Position numbers and translations under genes: made by a program. From Antedon mediterranea (lineage: Eukaryota > Animalia > Echinodermata): 64,000 bases of DNA. This document shows positions 14,601 to 26,249 of this stretch, piece after piece. Location of the stretch: contig NC_092680.1 in assembly GCF_964355755.1 (NCBI RefSeq), forward strand, positions 17,431,045 to 17,495,044. The letters are read 5' to 3'. The notes below the pieces were generated by a model. That model was not told the origin of the DNA. It did not search any database and was given only the letters and a program-made list of their open reading frames with translations. How positions within the stretch are numbered: position 1 is the first letter of the stretch; every line of letters begins with the position of its first letter.

Positions 14601-17600
14601 TTGAATTTTGACAGAATAATAAATGAGATCAAGGAATTATGAAAGCCACAATATTTAGAGATGACATGAAAGGGACTAGGTATATGAAAACCTGTAGTAA
14701 AGGAATATTCCTGTAACATAGACATTCTACAAGGTGCAGGCCTTCTACGAGTTACAAGCCATGTCACTATTATTCTACTGCAGTTATTGAAGTAACTACC
14801 TTTTATTTATTTCCTTATACAATTCTACATTGAAGCAAACATAAATCACATGGTATTGAAGTAAAAAAATGTAGCTACTGCAGTAAATTCAGTAGAATAA
14901 TGTTGACATTGTCTGTAAAACTTGTAGCATTAATAATGTTGCAGCGTATATACGCTTTAATACATACCAGGTTTCTGGTTAACATAGTGACCCTTTCAGA
15001 TAGAACCTTAATATGGCATGACTTATGAGACACAATCATTCTGTTTTATAATAATATTAAATTTAATAATTGTATAAAGTAATTACATTTTCATAATGGA
15101 TTAAATCCATATATTTTGTGTTTTACAAATTTGATATTGATATTATAAGTATAACATTTACTAAGCCTCTGTAAATTTGATATGCATAATAATAATAATC
15201 TGAATGCGACCTATATTTATATAATTCACACATAAAAGTAGATTAGTTACTGCACAGTAGTACAAGTAATCGTAACAAGTGTCAAATTTTTATGTCAAGT
15301 TTAGGGACATAGAAATTGCACTTTAATGTCATGTTTAGAGTGATATTATTTCACAATATAGAAATGTACAACATAGTCTGTGTGTGATGCGAGTCACAAA
15401 CAGTAACCTCCCTTTCCTCCAATCTACCCACTTTCTTCATCTACCCCTTCTTCTATCCATCCCCCTCCATCTAACACTACCTCCATCTATCCCCTTCCTT
15501 AATCTACTCCCTTCCTCCATCTACTCCCTTTCATCTACCTACTTCCTCCATCTGTCCCTTCCTTCATCTATCCACTTCCTCCTTCTACCCCTTCTTCCAT
15601 CAATCCCCCTAAATCTACCCCTACAGTACCTCCATCTATCCCCTACCTCCATCTACCCTACCTTCATCTATCCTATCCTCTTCCTCCATCTATCCCCTTC
15701 CTTCATCTACCCACTTCTTCCATCTACCCTCTTCCTCCATCTATCCTCTTCCTTCATCTACCCACTTCTTCCATCTACCCTCTTCCTCCATCTATCCTCT
15801 TCCTTCATCTACCCACTTCTTCCATCTACCCTCTTCCTCCATCTATCCTCTTCCTTCATCTACCCTCTTCCTCCATCTATCCTCTTCCTTCATCTATCCT
15901 CTTCCTCCATCTACCCTCTTCCTCCATCTATCTCCTTCCTTCATCTACCCACTTCTTCCATCTACCCTCTTCCTCCATCTATCCTCTTCCTTCATCTACC
16001 CACTTCTTCCATCTACCCTCTTCCTCCATCTATCCTCTTCCTTCATCTATCCTCTTCTTCCATCTATCCCCTTCCTTCTTCTATCCCCTTCCTCCATCTA
16101 TCCTCTTCCTTCATCTATCCTCTTCCTTCATCTATCCTCTTCCTCCATCTACCCTCTTCCTCCATCTATCCTCTTCCTCCATCTATCCTCTTCCTCCATC
16201 TACCCTCTTCCTTCATCCTCTCCAAACCCTGATTTAAACCCTCCAAATGTGCATGTTTAATACTATTAATCCACTTGTTCTCTACATACAGGAATCTTCC
16301 TATTACTCCAACACCGGAACAACGAATGTGGCGCCGTGCTCGATCGTAGGTTTTCATTGACATCTGGCTTTTGTTGTCACTGTTAATATTTGATTTATCC
16401 TTTTTTATTTTTCATGCTGTAGATGTTTTATTTATTTGTGGTTTTGGGTTTTTTTTTTCTTTTCTGCATGCTTTACTAATTATGTTTTTATGCTTTGAAC
16501 AACTTTCAATATTTTTCCTTCTGTTTACTTGTTTATAATCTGCTATTTTTCTATAGTGCTATTTGCCAACAAAATACAATAAATGATAAGAAAATAGAAA
16601 ATCTTGATTGATAATTCATGTTTTGTAACTATAAATGTATACTTTTACTGTAGTTTGTACTATGCAAACACAATTCTATCATCAGTTGACTATCATTTGT
16701 TTTGTATTCAATTTTTAAATGATTAATTTTGATGCTTTTGTTGCTTTTATTCCTTTAAAAATAACCTTTTTGTCAGCTTTATGTGAATTAGTAAAAGTAT
16801 TAAATGTTATGTAGATCTGAACTATCCCCATACTCTTGAAAGAGGATTAATGCTGGACTAACTTTAGTCTTAGACTAAATTTAGTCTTTGCTAGCTTATA
16901 GAAGAATAATATGTAATGGGTCACCTAACTGATAAATATACATGGTTTCAAGAATACCGAAACAAAGCTGGTTCAAGACTATTTTAATCCTTGACTAAAA
17001 CTAATCCAGGACTAAAGGTAGTCCTGGATTACTAGTTCCGGACTAAAACTTAATCCTTGATTATAAGTTCAGGACTAAAGGTTAGTCATGGATTACTAGT
17101 TCAGGACTAAAGGTTAGTCCTGGATTACTAGTTCAGGACTAAAGGTTAGTCCTGGATTACTAATTCAGGACTAAAGGTTAGTCCTGGATTACTAGTTCAG
17201 GACTAAAGGTTAGTCCTGGATTACTAATTCAGGACTAAAGGTTAGTCATGGATTACTAGTTCAGGACTAAAGGTTAGTCCTGGATTACTAATTCAGGACT
17301 AAAGGTTAGTCCTGGATTACTAGTTTAGGATTAAAGTTATTCCTCTTTAAAATACAGGTTAATAGAAGAAAGTTTTAGCATTAACCATCTACTACTACAA
17401 AATTAAAAATGAAATGAATAATATGACATCACCTAATATACACAGAAATCTAATGATTCTGGTCTTGTCATGAAACTCCAAATAAATCATGGATTTCCAA
17501 TAATTTATAAGTTAGCACAATCTGGTGATTACATTGTCGTGTTTGGTGTGAATTGTTTATTGAACCTGGAAGTAAAACATATATAAAAAATGTCCGTATT

Positions 17601-20085
17601 TCCTTTTAAGGCATTCTGGAGACAGGCGAGCCAGCAAGGAATTGAAGAAACATATTGAGTATGAACTTGTTGACACTGAGCAGGACGGAGATCCATATGA
17701 CATTCCTTATAAAAACATTGTGTGAGTTATTTGTTTTTTTAATATTGTTTAGGCATTCTAACCCTAACAAATATTCATGTTCATAAATTATGTTATCCAT
17801 TTTTTGTAGAACTACTGGAGTTGCAGTTAGAGTGAGCAAATCACCCTTACAGCCTAGGAAGAGAAGCAGAAGCAGAGACAGAAAGAGGCTTAGTCAGTCA
17901 AGCATTGAGGGCGACAAACAATATGAAGAGGATGAGTATGTTGTTTTGTTATACTGCATGATAATTTTTTTTGTTAATATTTATATTAATTAGTAATTAA
18001 TTATTAGTATTATTAATTTTTATTTATTTTATGTGACGTTATCAGTGGCTGATCTCAATCGAGATACAAATAAAATAAGCAAAAAGCTTAATCAAAATGA
18101 TAAATTAAAACAGCCAGCCAGAAAGAAATTTATAGAATTATTTATGAATTTAGATTCTAAATTACAGTATATTATAATAAAAAATAATTAATTAAATTAG
18201 AGCTTTACTTTTTCTTCAGCACAAGCACTTTTCTATTTTAATTGTCAAATATATTTTAATTGAATTGAATTATTTTTTTTCTTATTATCTATTTAGGGAC
18301 AAGTTCATAACATTATCAATCCAACAACCTACACCCGTACAACAAGCTAGACATAACTCAGGCTATGAACCACCGTACAGTTCTCCAACCCACAAACCCA
18401 GACAACAAAACAATGGTCCTCCTCCTCCATACACACAAGCATCTCCAAGTCGAGAAAAGCATCGGAACGGAGAGATTCGTGTTGTGTCTGGACCAGTACG
18501 TCCATCAGGGGAAAATGGAGGAAGAGTACCAGATGTTGCCAATGTTGGAGAACGAGGAATGTTTGCTAGGCAACAGGAAGAAAAGATAAAAAGGATGAGT
18601 AGAAATGGAAAAGATCAGGTACTGAACTAGTAAAATAAAGAATTAGTTAATTAAGGTTTAATGTCAACTGTAAGCCTATACTACACTAGCAACTTGATCA
18701 AACTTTGTCCTATGTGGAGAAGTGTGTGGTGTCTGTCTGACACTAGGTATTGGAGGCTGTCAATTTTCATCCGATCACATGACTGCAATGACTGACTTGA
18801 TTTGCTGAGTTCACAAACCTTTAAGAAGGTGCAAAGAAGTTGTTAACTGTCTATACTAGCAAACGTTACAAATTTTTCTTGCCAAACATGGAGTTTGCTC
18901 AAGTTTGCTTAGAAACTATGGAAAAATCTACTACTAATTTTAGAACTATAGGATAGCTATATATTCTGTCTTTTATAAAAATAAAATTCACACACATGTC
19001 CAATCAAATGACGACAAGAGCAATAATATTGTGATGATATAACTTATTTATTGTTGATGATGACATCATTTGATTGGATTTTAACAAATATTATTGTAAT
19101 ATTAAGACAGCATAAATAATGGTTATAATATAGTTCTAGAATGAAAAGTTTTAGTTTTATGTAAGAAAAATATATCTATTTATCGTCTATTGTATCATCC
19201 TAGTGTGCCTTAATGCTATAATTAAGTACAAGGTGTACAGAGCCATTGATACAGTATGTATTTTTCAAAACATAATTTCTCTTGTGTTTGCTAGGATGCT
19301 GGGAGTGGTTATTACTCTGCTTCTGTGTATAGAGTTGACATGAGTGACACACCAAGCCCAAATCCCTACCTACTTCTACACTCTTCCTTTTGTTCGTACG
19401 CCTCATCTTTCTTTAAGACAAAGGAAGATGATGGTTATAAGTTTAGCAGTCAGAGACACAGGCGTGATTCTGGTATTGAAAGTGATTATATTTATCAAAG
19501 GTATGTATTTATCAGATAAGAATTTTGATTATTTTGCATCTGTTCTTACATATTAGAAAAACAGCAATGTATATATCAGATATGCATTAACTCAGTTCCT
19601 TTCATAACACAAAGTTCATAGATTGTTTAACGTTTTTTAATGTCTATATCATGCCAAAATTGAGGTTTTATTTTTGAACACGCAATTAGAACTCTAGCTC
19701 TGTCATATTTGGTATAATTTACACTTTATACTGGTAGTTTAGCTTGGTGTTTAGGAGGAACCAGATAATCCTCTAAATAAATTATTTAAGCTTAGACTGA
19801 CACTCGACAGTTAGAGGAAAAATGACAAAATCAGCAATGTTGTCAAAACAATATAGATTATCTGATAAAAATCCTAGAAAGTATGCCACGTTTCGATATT
19901 CAAGGCTTCTATGAATGGATGTACTGGTTGGGAGCAGAAAAGCTAGTAGACCATACCCAGTACCGTTTTGATTACGATCAATCGGGAAATTACCTCACGA
20001 CAATCATTCAATTCATGTATTTAATAGCAAGTTTTTAAGATCACTTTAGAATCGCTTGTTACAACGCTTTATATTATTGTACAGT

Positions 20086-20116
<31 letters not shown>

Positions 20117-20910
20117 GTCTAATTGCAAGTTAAATTCAACCAATCAAATTTCATTTTTTCTATGTTGTTTAAATGACAATAAATACTATAATTGTATATC
20201 GTATCGTAAATAATGAGTTCTTATTCTCCTTCTACAGTGATTCAGTAGAATGTCAGTTCAAGGAATCTGTGTCAGATTATGAATGTGAAGATTCATTGGC
20301 AGTAAGATTAGATAACACATTACGTATACAAAACTCTTCCAATCAACGGAATATAAAACACCCTCAAGTTGGCAGTGAATTCAAGAGTGGGCATAATTTA
20401 ATGGCAGAGTCTTTTGGTGAAATTAGCGAGTATCCGTCACTTCATTTAGACTCATCAAAAATTAAACTAGAAGATTTAAAAAGCTGCATGGCTGAACTTT
20501 TACGTCCGGTTACCTCAGGATTAGGTCAAAGGTCAAATAGAAACTCTTTTGAGCAAAATGCTTATTTATCTCAGGATGAGATGCATGGATCAGGTATACA
20601 ATACATGCCAAACGGTAGTGAGTTGTTGGTGTCATCAAGCCCTGGTGTGATTGAACACTGTGGTGACCAGGATGTAAATGATGCTACTTATTCAACAACA
20701 GAACAATTGTATGTGCATTCCATTAGAGAGCCTTATGAAAATATGAATCTAGAAATTCAACCGAACCAGTATAGTATATGTGAATATAATCCTAATTTAG
20801 AAGCTATAAATTCTTCTACAATTTCCTACTCAAGTCAAGAGGATCTGATGTCTATATATGGAAATAGTGTAAAAGATGAACACTCATCAGGAAGAAATGA
20901 AAGTTCATAG
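8491..20910 (+). CDS. EPB41L4A: Band 4.1-like protein 4A-like FERM/FA-domain gene, 5'-partial, 15 exons visible
   Basis: Exons 8491-8667, 9082-9145, 9490-9659, 9864-10079, 10993-11064, 11657-11824, 12169-12237, 13966-14046, 14465-14581, 16292-16345, 17611-17721, 17810-17935, 18297-18618, 19295-19500, 20238-20910. All junctions are GT-AG and phase-consistent. Translation gives [28 protein letters not shown]...[31 protein letters not shown], an FA region, [15 protein letters not shown] and [15 protein letters not shown], which I recall as EPB41L4A-type motifs. Upstream exons were not found in the window. Confidence 0.88.
9082..9145 (+). CDS. EPB41L4A: FERM gene exon (FERM-C)
   Basis: ctttag|...GAG|gtaagt; [21 protein letters not shown]. 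Confidence 0.88.
9490..9659 (+). CDS. EPB41L4A: FERM gene exon (FERM-C end, FA start)
   Basis: caccag|AGT...AA|gtgagt; [33 protein letters not shown]. Confidence 0.9.
9864..10079 (+). CDS. EPB41L4A: FERM gene exon (FA domain)
   Basis: ttctaag|T GCA AGA ACA...AC|gtaagt; [29 protein letters not shown]. Confidence 0.88.
10494..10922. repeat. 39-bp minisatellite, 11 near-perfect copies
   Basis: Unit CCATCCCAACCACTCCTCCTGCTAGGCTGTTGGTACCTG. Confidence 0.95.
10993..11064 (+). CDS. EPB41L4A: FERM gene exon
   Basis: ctgtag|...GT|gtaagt; [23 protein letters not shown]. Confidence 0.82.
11657..11824 (+). CDS. EPB41L4A: FERM gene exon (RS-rich)
   Basis: tttcag|...AG|gtaatg; [29 protein letters not shown]. 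Confidence 0.85.
11873..12010. mobile_element. MITE family A copy
   Basis: AGCTCTGTCTACACTATCAAACT...GTTTGATAGTGTAG. Confidence 0.75.
12169..12237 (+). CDS. EPB41L4A: FERM gene exon
   Basis: tcgtag|...AG|gtaaat; [22 protein letters not shown]. Confidence 0.82.
12950..13262. mobile_element. Palindromic non-autonomous repeat (possibly Crypton-like)
   Basis: Arms of about 75 bp at 12954-13110 fold around CAACGAGGCAAAGCCGAGTTG; related partial copy at about 23960-24105. Family assignment is from recall. Confidence 0.55.
13966..14046 (+). CDS. EPB41L4A: FERM gene exon
   Basis: cttcag|...AG|gtacac; [26 protein letters not shown]. Confidence 0.78.
14465..14581 (+). CDS. EPB41L4A: FERM gene exon
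   Basis: tatag|...GG|gtaatt; [19 protein letters not shown]. Confidence 0.85.
15405..16230. repeat. Polypyrimidine low-complexity repeat (CCATCTA(C/T)CCTCTTCCT-type)
   Basis: About 820 bp with almost no G on the + strand. Confidence 0.95.
16292..16345 (+). CDS. EPB41L4A: FERM gene small exon, possibly alternative
   Basis: atacag|...TC|gtaggt; [17 protein letters not shown]; symmetric phase 2-2. Confidence 0.6.
16990..17345. repeat. 32-bp tandem repeat with hairpin units, probably inside a small TIR element (about 16830-17357)
   Basis: Unit GGACTAAAGGTTAGTCCTGGATTACTAGTTCA, period 32 (17072, 17104...); outer ends TACTCTTGAAAGAGGA / TCCTCTTTAAAATAC. Confidence 0.85.
17611..17721 (+). CDS. 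EPB41L4A: FERM gene exon
   Basis: tttaag|...GT|gtgagt; [36 protein letters not shown]. Confidence 0.85.
17810..17935 (+). CDS. EPB41L4A: FERM gene exon
   Basis: ttgtag|...GA|gtatgt; [33 protein letters not shown]. Confidence 0.82.
18297..18618 (+). CDS. EPB41L4A: FERM gene exon (Pro-rich)
   Basis: atttag|...CAG|gtactg; lies within ORF 18265-18630, includes PPPPY. Confidence 0.8.
19295..19500 (+). CDS. EPB41L4A: FERM gene exon
   Basis: tgctag|GAT GCT...AG|gtatgt; [22 protein letters not shown]...RRDSGIESD. Confidence 0.7.
20090..20116. repeat. (TA)n microsatellite
   Basis: Direct reading. Confidence 0.9.
20238..20910 (+). CDS. EPB41L4A: FERM gene terminal coding exon
   Basis: ctacag|T GAT TCA...TAG; 224 codons inside ORF 20173-20910, phase matches the previous exon. 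Confidence 0.7.
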
Positions 20911-20918
20911 AAGTATAA

Positions 20919-21047
20919 AGTATGAAATCCTCTGCCTCGGTGTGTGCACCTATTACTGCCCCATCATCCCCAGCCTAACTTGTCAGTATGAAATCCTCTG
21001 CCTCAGTGTGTGCACCCATTACTGCCCCAACATCCCCAGCCTAACTT
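20919..21047. repeat. 66-bp tandem duplication just after the FERM stop codon
   Basis: AGTATGAAATCCTCTGCCTC...CCCCAGCCTAACTT at 20919 and 20985. Confidence 0.85.
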
Positions 21048-21746
21048 AATTGATAGAATATTTTTATGAGTTAAAAAATTGAGTGTCTTGTCAGTCAATC
21101 TCTCAATCAATCAACAAATACAAACGATTTATACCGCACTTCAGGTCTGTTTTTAATGAAAAATCACAAAGAACTGCTTTCTTCAACCTTAGTTTTATAT
21201 AAAGATTGTGTTACAATTAAAATTGCTCTACGAAAACCTGGTATTTAACAATCGAGATCAATTTAAAATCAGTTTAAAATAAGACTTAGTTTATAAGCAC
21301 GATAAATTATGAAATAGTTTATCCATCGTGTAATTGGTGAGTTGCTTGCTTTTAGATGCGAAGGAAGAAAAAAGAGGAAAACGATTTATATCATAAATGG
21401 GGCTGAGAATGACAATCCATAAAAATAAAGACTTTTTAAATGTGTATATAAATTCGGAGGAATATTTATGTTGTGTACATACAGTATATAATTGCTTGCT
21501 TTTAATTTACTAAATTATATTTGTAAATTAAGAATTCTGTGTATATGGATACAAATACAAGGTTCTGTGTGAAATTTACCGAAATAATACATTACAATGT
21601 ATGAATGTAAAATGTTATCTTTAAACTGTTCTTGTTATCAACCATATTGCTTGTAAAAATATACATAACTGCTTTAAAAAAGCATTATTCAGCATTGATT
21701 ATAAAAAATAGTCTTGTCTCAAAATTGTTCTTATGTATATATGTTA

Positions 21747-21903
21747 AGTCTGTCTACACTATCAAACTTTATGTGACAAAAAAATGTGACAAATATATGG
21801 AAGCCGGACACGATTAGGTCGTACCACTACCATATTTGATCACATCACTACCATATTTGGGCACATTACACGTTTTTGTCAAACTTGTTTGGTAGACAGA
21901 GCT
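21747..21903. mobile_element. MITE family A copy in the FERM 3' region
   Basis: AGTCTGTCTACACTATCAAAC...GTAGACAGAGCT. Confidence 0.75.
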
Positions 21904-22694
21904 TTACAAGAACCGAAATTTGCAGTAATGCAAGTGATTAAATATTGCATATCTATTAAATCAAAACAAGATCAAAGTATGTTTCATTGTTTCCGCAGCA
22001 TAACTACAACAAACTGAGATCTAATTGTTTACATTTATTTTGTTAATGTGCTTGAAATCATGATTGTTAACGTCATGGTCATCAAAAGTAAATGTTTTAA
22101 CATTAATTCATTTTAAAAAGATGATTATCTGGTTAAACTGTGATTCATTTTCACTGAACATTTTAAAAAATAAATAATCAAACAATATAACTGTGGAAAT
22201 GAGGAGCATCAGAACTTGCCTCTTTCCGTGCTGATGGACACAGCACCTAACATCAAGTCTGGTGGCTTTTCCCGCCGCTCCTTTAGGCTGTTATATTCAA
22301 GAGAACGGAATCAATAGTTTCCGTGCGGTAACTTATTGTTTATTTAAACATTAAAACATTAAAAAAAATCTAGTGTACAAATTACTGTGAAATACAACAG
22401 CACCACATGTTGTCCTCTGTTTTGTTTGTAAACGCCACCAAGATATGCAGCAGCAGCAGATTTTGTGTGTACGATTTGGAGATATATAATATGTAGGCCT
22501 ACTAATTTCATTCAAAAAGGCATTTAAATTAGCTGTAGATCGTTTTTAGGATTTTGATTGAACATGACGTGGAATCGTTGGAAAATACATAATTATCATC
22601 CAATGTACATATATATTTAGCCTATATATGAGTTCCAGTTGCCTGTCGAAGATTCGTATTGCTGCAGCCTGGGCTGGGCCTTGGCCTGTTGCAG

Positions 22695-23766
22695 GGGTGT
22701 CACAAAACCTAAGACCACGAAAGCTAAAACCCCCTAAGACCTAAGATCACGAAAGCTAAGACCCAACACCTAAGATTACAAATACTAAGATATACTACAG
22801 CTTAAAAACAATACTTGTTTATCCATACATAATTTTAAACACAGTAGGTTTAATTTATTACCATAAATATAATTTAATACTACCGCAAAACATAGATAAA
22901 CTCACATTATTTTCGCCCGTTGAGTAAATGTATATTTTTTCTTTACAACAAACAAACTTGACGGGTTGTTTGTTGGTATATATTTACTCCATTGTGTTGG
23001 TTCAGAGGATGTTTTTCTTACGCACCTGCCTTTCTTGTATTTTGACTCCAAATTTGTTGACTAACTTTATCCTGAACACCACACTTTAAAATTAGGACTT
23101 ATAAGTACTTTCAGAAGGAGAAACACATCATAACAAATAAATAAATCCTTTAAATTGATGATTTTACAGATGTGTTTCTTTGTATACTGTAATGTAACTC
23201 CTCGAGCTCCCCATGCTCAATGTTTTTGTTTCTATGGAGCGCCAAAAGAGCAACAATAATAGTACAAGTATAAAAACAGAAAGAAAACGAAACAAAAAAA
23301 CTTATCATGATTTTTAAATTAAAATTTATTTGCCAGTATTTATTTCTTCGTACTTTCATGATTATACTATTATCATTACAATTTTAATTTTACATTGTTC
23401 CATCCACACTGTAGATGGACTCCACAGAGTTTTCAGCCCTCTATATAATTTTTGCTCTTTTGACGTTCCATAGAAACAAAAACATTGAACATGGGGTAGG
23501 CCTACTGTACTGTAGGCTAGTCATTTTGTGTGCGAGAAAAACGTCTGTAAAATCATCAATTTAAAAATGTATTTGTTACTTTTTATGTGATTCTTTTTCA
23601 TGAAAGTGCCAATTCTAAGGTGTGGTATTCAGAATAAATGTTTGGAGTTAAAATACAAGGCAGGTGCGAAAGATAAATATTTGTAATCTTAGGTCTGGGT
23701 CTTAGCTTTCGTGATCTTAGGTCTTAGGGGGTCTTAGCTTTCGTGGTCTTAGGTTTCGTGACACCC
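22695..23766. mobile_element. Mutator-like (MULE/foldback) non-autonomous element
   Basis: TIR GGGTGTCAC(A/G)AAACCTAAGACCACGAAAGCTAA... and direct repeat CCTGTTGCAG at 22685-22694 and 23767-23776 (8-10 bp depending on the terminus chosen); internal inverted arms at about 23020-23255 and 23450-23670. Confidence 0.85.
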
Positions 23767-24289
23767 CCTGTTGCAGTGTTAGTACAGTATTAGGCCTAGG
23801 CGTTTTAGCCTTGTTAGGCCTAGGATTGGTTGGTCATTTTTTGACATAATTAACACTACAGTAGGTGCGTTTATAAAATCCATATAAATAATAATATTTA
23901 ATTATTAAAAACCAAATGTTACTGTTTTAATCAATGTGAATCTAATGTAGACATACCCATTTGATTCAAATGACAGGAATCTATTTAGATGTTATATGAA
24001 ACAAATAATGAATGTTTTATATTTGTGTAATGGTACAAATAATTGCATTTGGTAAATGATGAAAGGTTATATTGCAACTCGGCTGGCGCCTCGTTGAAAT
24101 AATGTTTATTTGGAAACTTGGACTAGGCATGCTCAAACCCTAAAGCACGTCTGGAGAAGAGAGTCTATGGCAAGTAATCTGCTGTCTGTCAACGTACTAG
24201 GCATTTATCATTGAATAAGGGTCAAATCCTTCAAAAAAAATATGCATAACCACATGAACTCCTAACTAAATACATTACAAAAATCACTG

Positions 24290-25400
24290 AAATGATAGAG
24301 CAGAGAAATGTTCATGTGTCCAATAAAATAATATTAAAACTTAAATTACAAGAAAAAGAAATTAACTGTTTAGTTATACAGATCTTAATCTATATAAAGA
24401 TTGAACATCCCCATTTCTATCAAAATCTGCTCTACTTCATTATGTAGAGAAATAACTGTTGATCCTGAAACAATTAATATACAGTTTATTATCGATAGTT
24501 GAGTTTGACAATTCATTCCAGATATTATTATAATTCATTAATGCATGTTCAAGCTTGTCCAACTCTTCCAATCTTGTGTTTGTAAGAGCAGAACAGATAA
24601 ACAGAAAGTGTGTTATAGTTTCCTGTTGATTAATGTTACAAAGTGTACAAAACCATTATTTTCTTCAGATCATCTAAATACCAATGCTAACGTGTTCGAG
24701 CAAAGTTTAAATTTTAGGGATACTCCTTCAAAATATAACTTATCTAATAAACATTCTTCTATATGTATTGTGTCCTTAAAAATACAGTAGGACGAAATCT
24801 GAGAGATGTAGGCCTACTATAGCAACATTCTCGTTCCATTCATTATTATGAAATATTACTTTTATTTTATCAATTAGAGGATTAACCCAAATATGTATTG
24901 TCACGATTGTTAAGTAAATGTTCTAGAAGGTCTTCAGATTCACATTTTGTAAAAAATATTAATATATATACATTTAATAAATTTGAAGCAAAAATCATTA
25001 GGATAACCATCCATCAACAAGTTTAGTGGCATTGAGAAGTATTTTTGGCCAGCGATATGATTCCATTTTAAGTAAGCGACCAAAATATGTAACTCGAGAA
25101 ACGTTATGCATAGTTGGCCCTATTGGTATCCAACCAAGTTACCCATAAATTACAGATCGTAGTGTACTCATCATCATCATAGCTATCTGTAATTTCAGTT
25201 TTTCTATTTTATCTATATCTGATTTATTTATGGTACACCATACATCTGAACCATAATTAATTGAAGGGAGGGCAATCGCCAAAATATATATTATTTTATA
25301 TAAATTATTAAAATTGGCAATAACAGACTTGATATAAGCAATCAATCTATTACCTTTCTTTACAACACTTTCAAATTGTTTGTGATCATTTACATTTTTT
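24290..25400 (-). mobile_element. Decayed non-LTR retrotransposon 3' region (RT C-terminal remnant)
   Basis: Minus-strand ORF ...LYKIIYILAIALPSINYGSDVWCTINKSDIDKIEKL resembles the LINE RT tail motif (P.l.Y...VW......i..lE..Q); many stops. Confidence 0.55.
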
Positions 25401-26249
25401 TAAATAAATAATAAATAATGATTTTGAAAAAAATGGTAGATACTGTCAACAATTCCAGGCAATTGAAACACACACTTTTATTCCAAAGCTTAAAAATATG
25501 ATCAATTTGCACTTATAAAATATAAGATAATACTACTATCAAGATATTATGTTATATTAAAGAATAACTTTACGTATCCCTACTCGACGTGCGAGGCGCC
25601 CTTGAAATTGAGCGGCCATGGTGTGTCTTCTGATGTTCGCTGCTGCTCTAGCTAGCTAGCTGTGCTCGAAACACAGTAGTTATCCTGTGGCATCGCATAT
25701 ACTTATACTTTATAGGCTAGTCTAGTACTGTAGGCCTAGCCTAGTAAACTTAAAATTAAAACAACTCTAGCTTTGCTGTGTGGAACCATTTCTTTGAATT
25801 GGTATATCTGTATTAAGAAATATCGATTGAAGTCTATTTGAATGTTTGTACGCATTGCACGCGATCCATGATGAACAAACAAAGAGGTGTTGTCGAAATG
25901 AATTATTACCTGCTGCTGCTGTGCCTAGCTAGCTAGGCCAAGGCCTATCATCATCTGACATTATGAATTGAAAGTTCGAGAGGAGCTAAGTATTGGGACC
26001 GCGGTGGTTGAAGAAGCGGACAAGAGAGGCTTTAGTCTAAGCCTAGCCTAAACAAGACAAGATTTATTGTTTGAAAATGAGAGGCATTTGGTTTTGAAAT
26101 TCAGCATCATTCTAGACTAAATAACACACCAATAATATTTTTTAAACTATAAATTAAAAGGGTTTTTACGTGAGCATATTTTAAATATAAAGTAAGTTTT
26201 TTTAATAATTTAGGGTTGAACAAAAAACCAACAATATAATTTATAAATT

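Noticed and set aside
15384-16232. 282-aa Leu/Pro/Ser ORF
   Set aside because: Stop-free only because of the pyrimidine low-complexity tract
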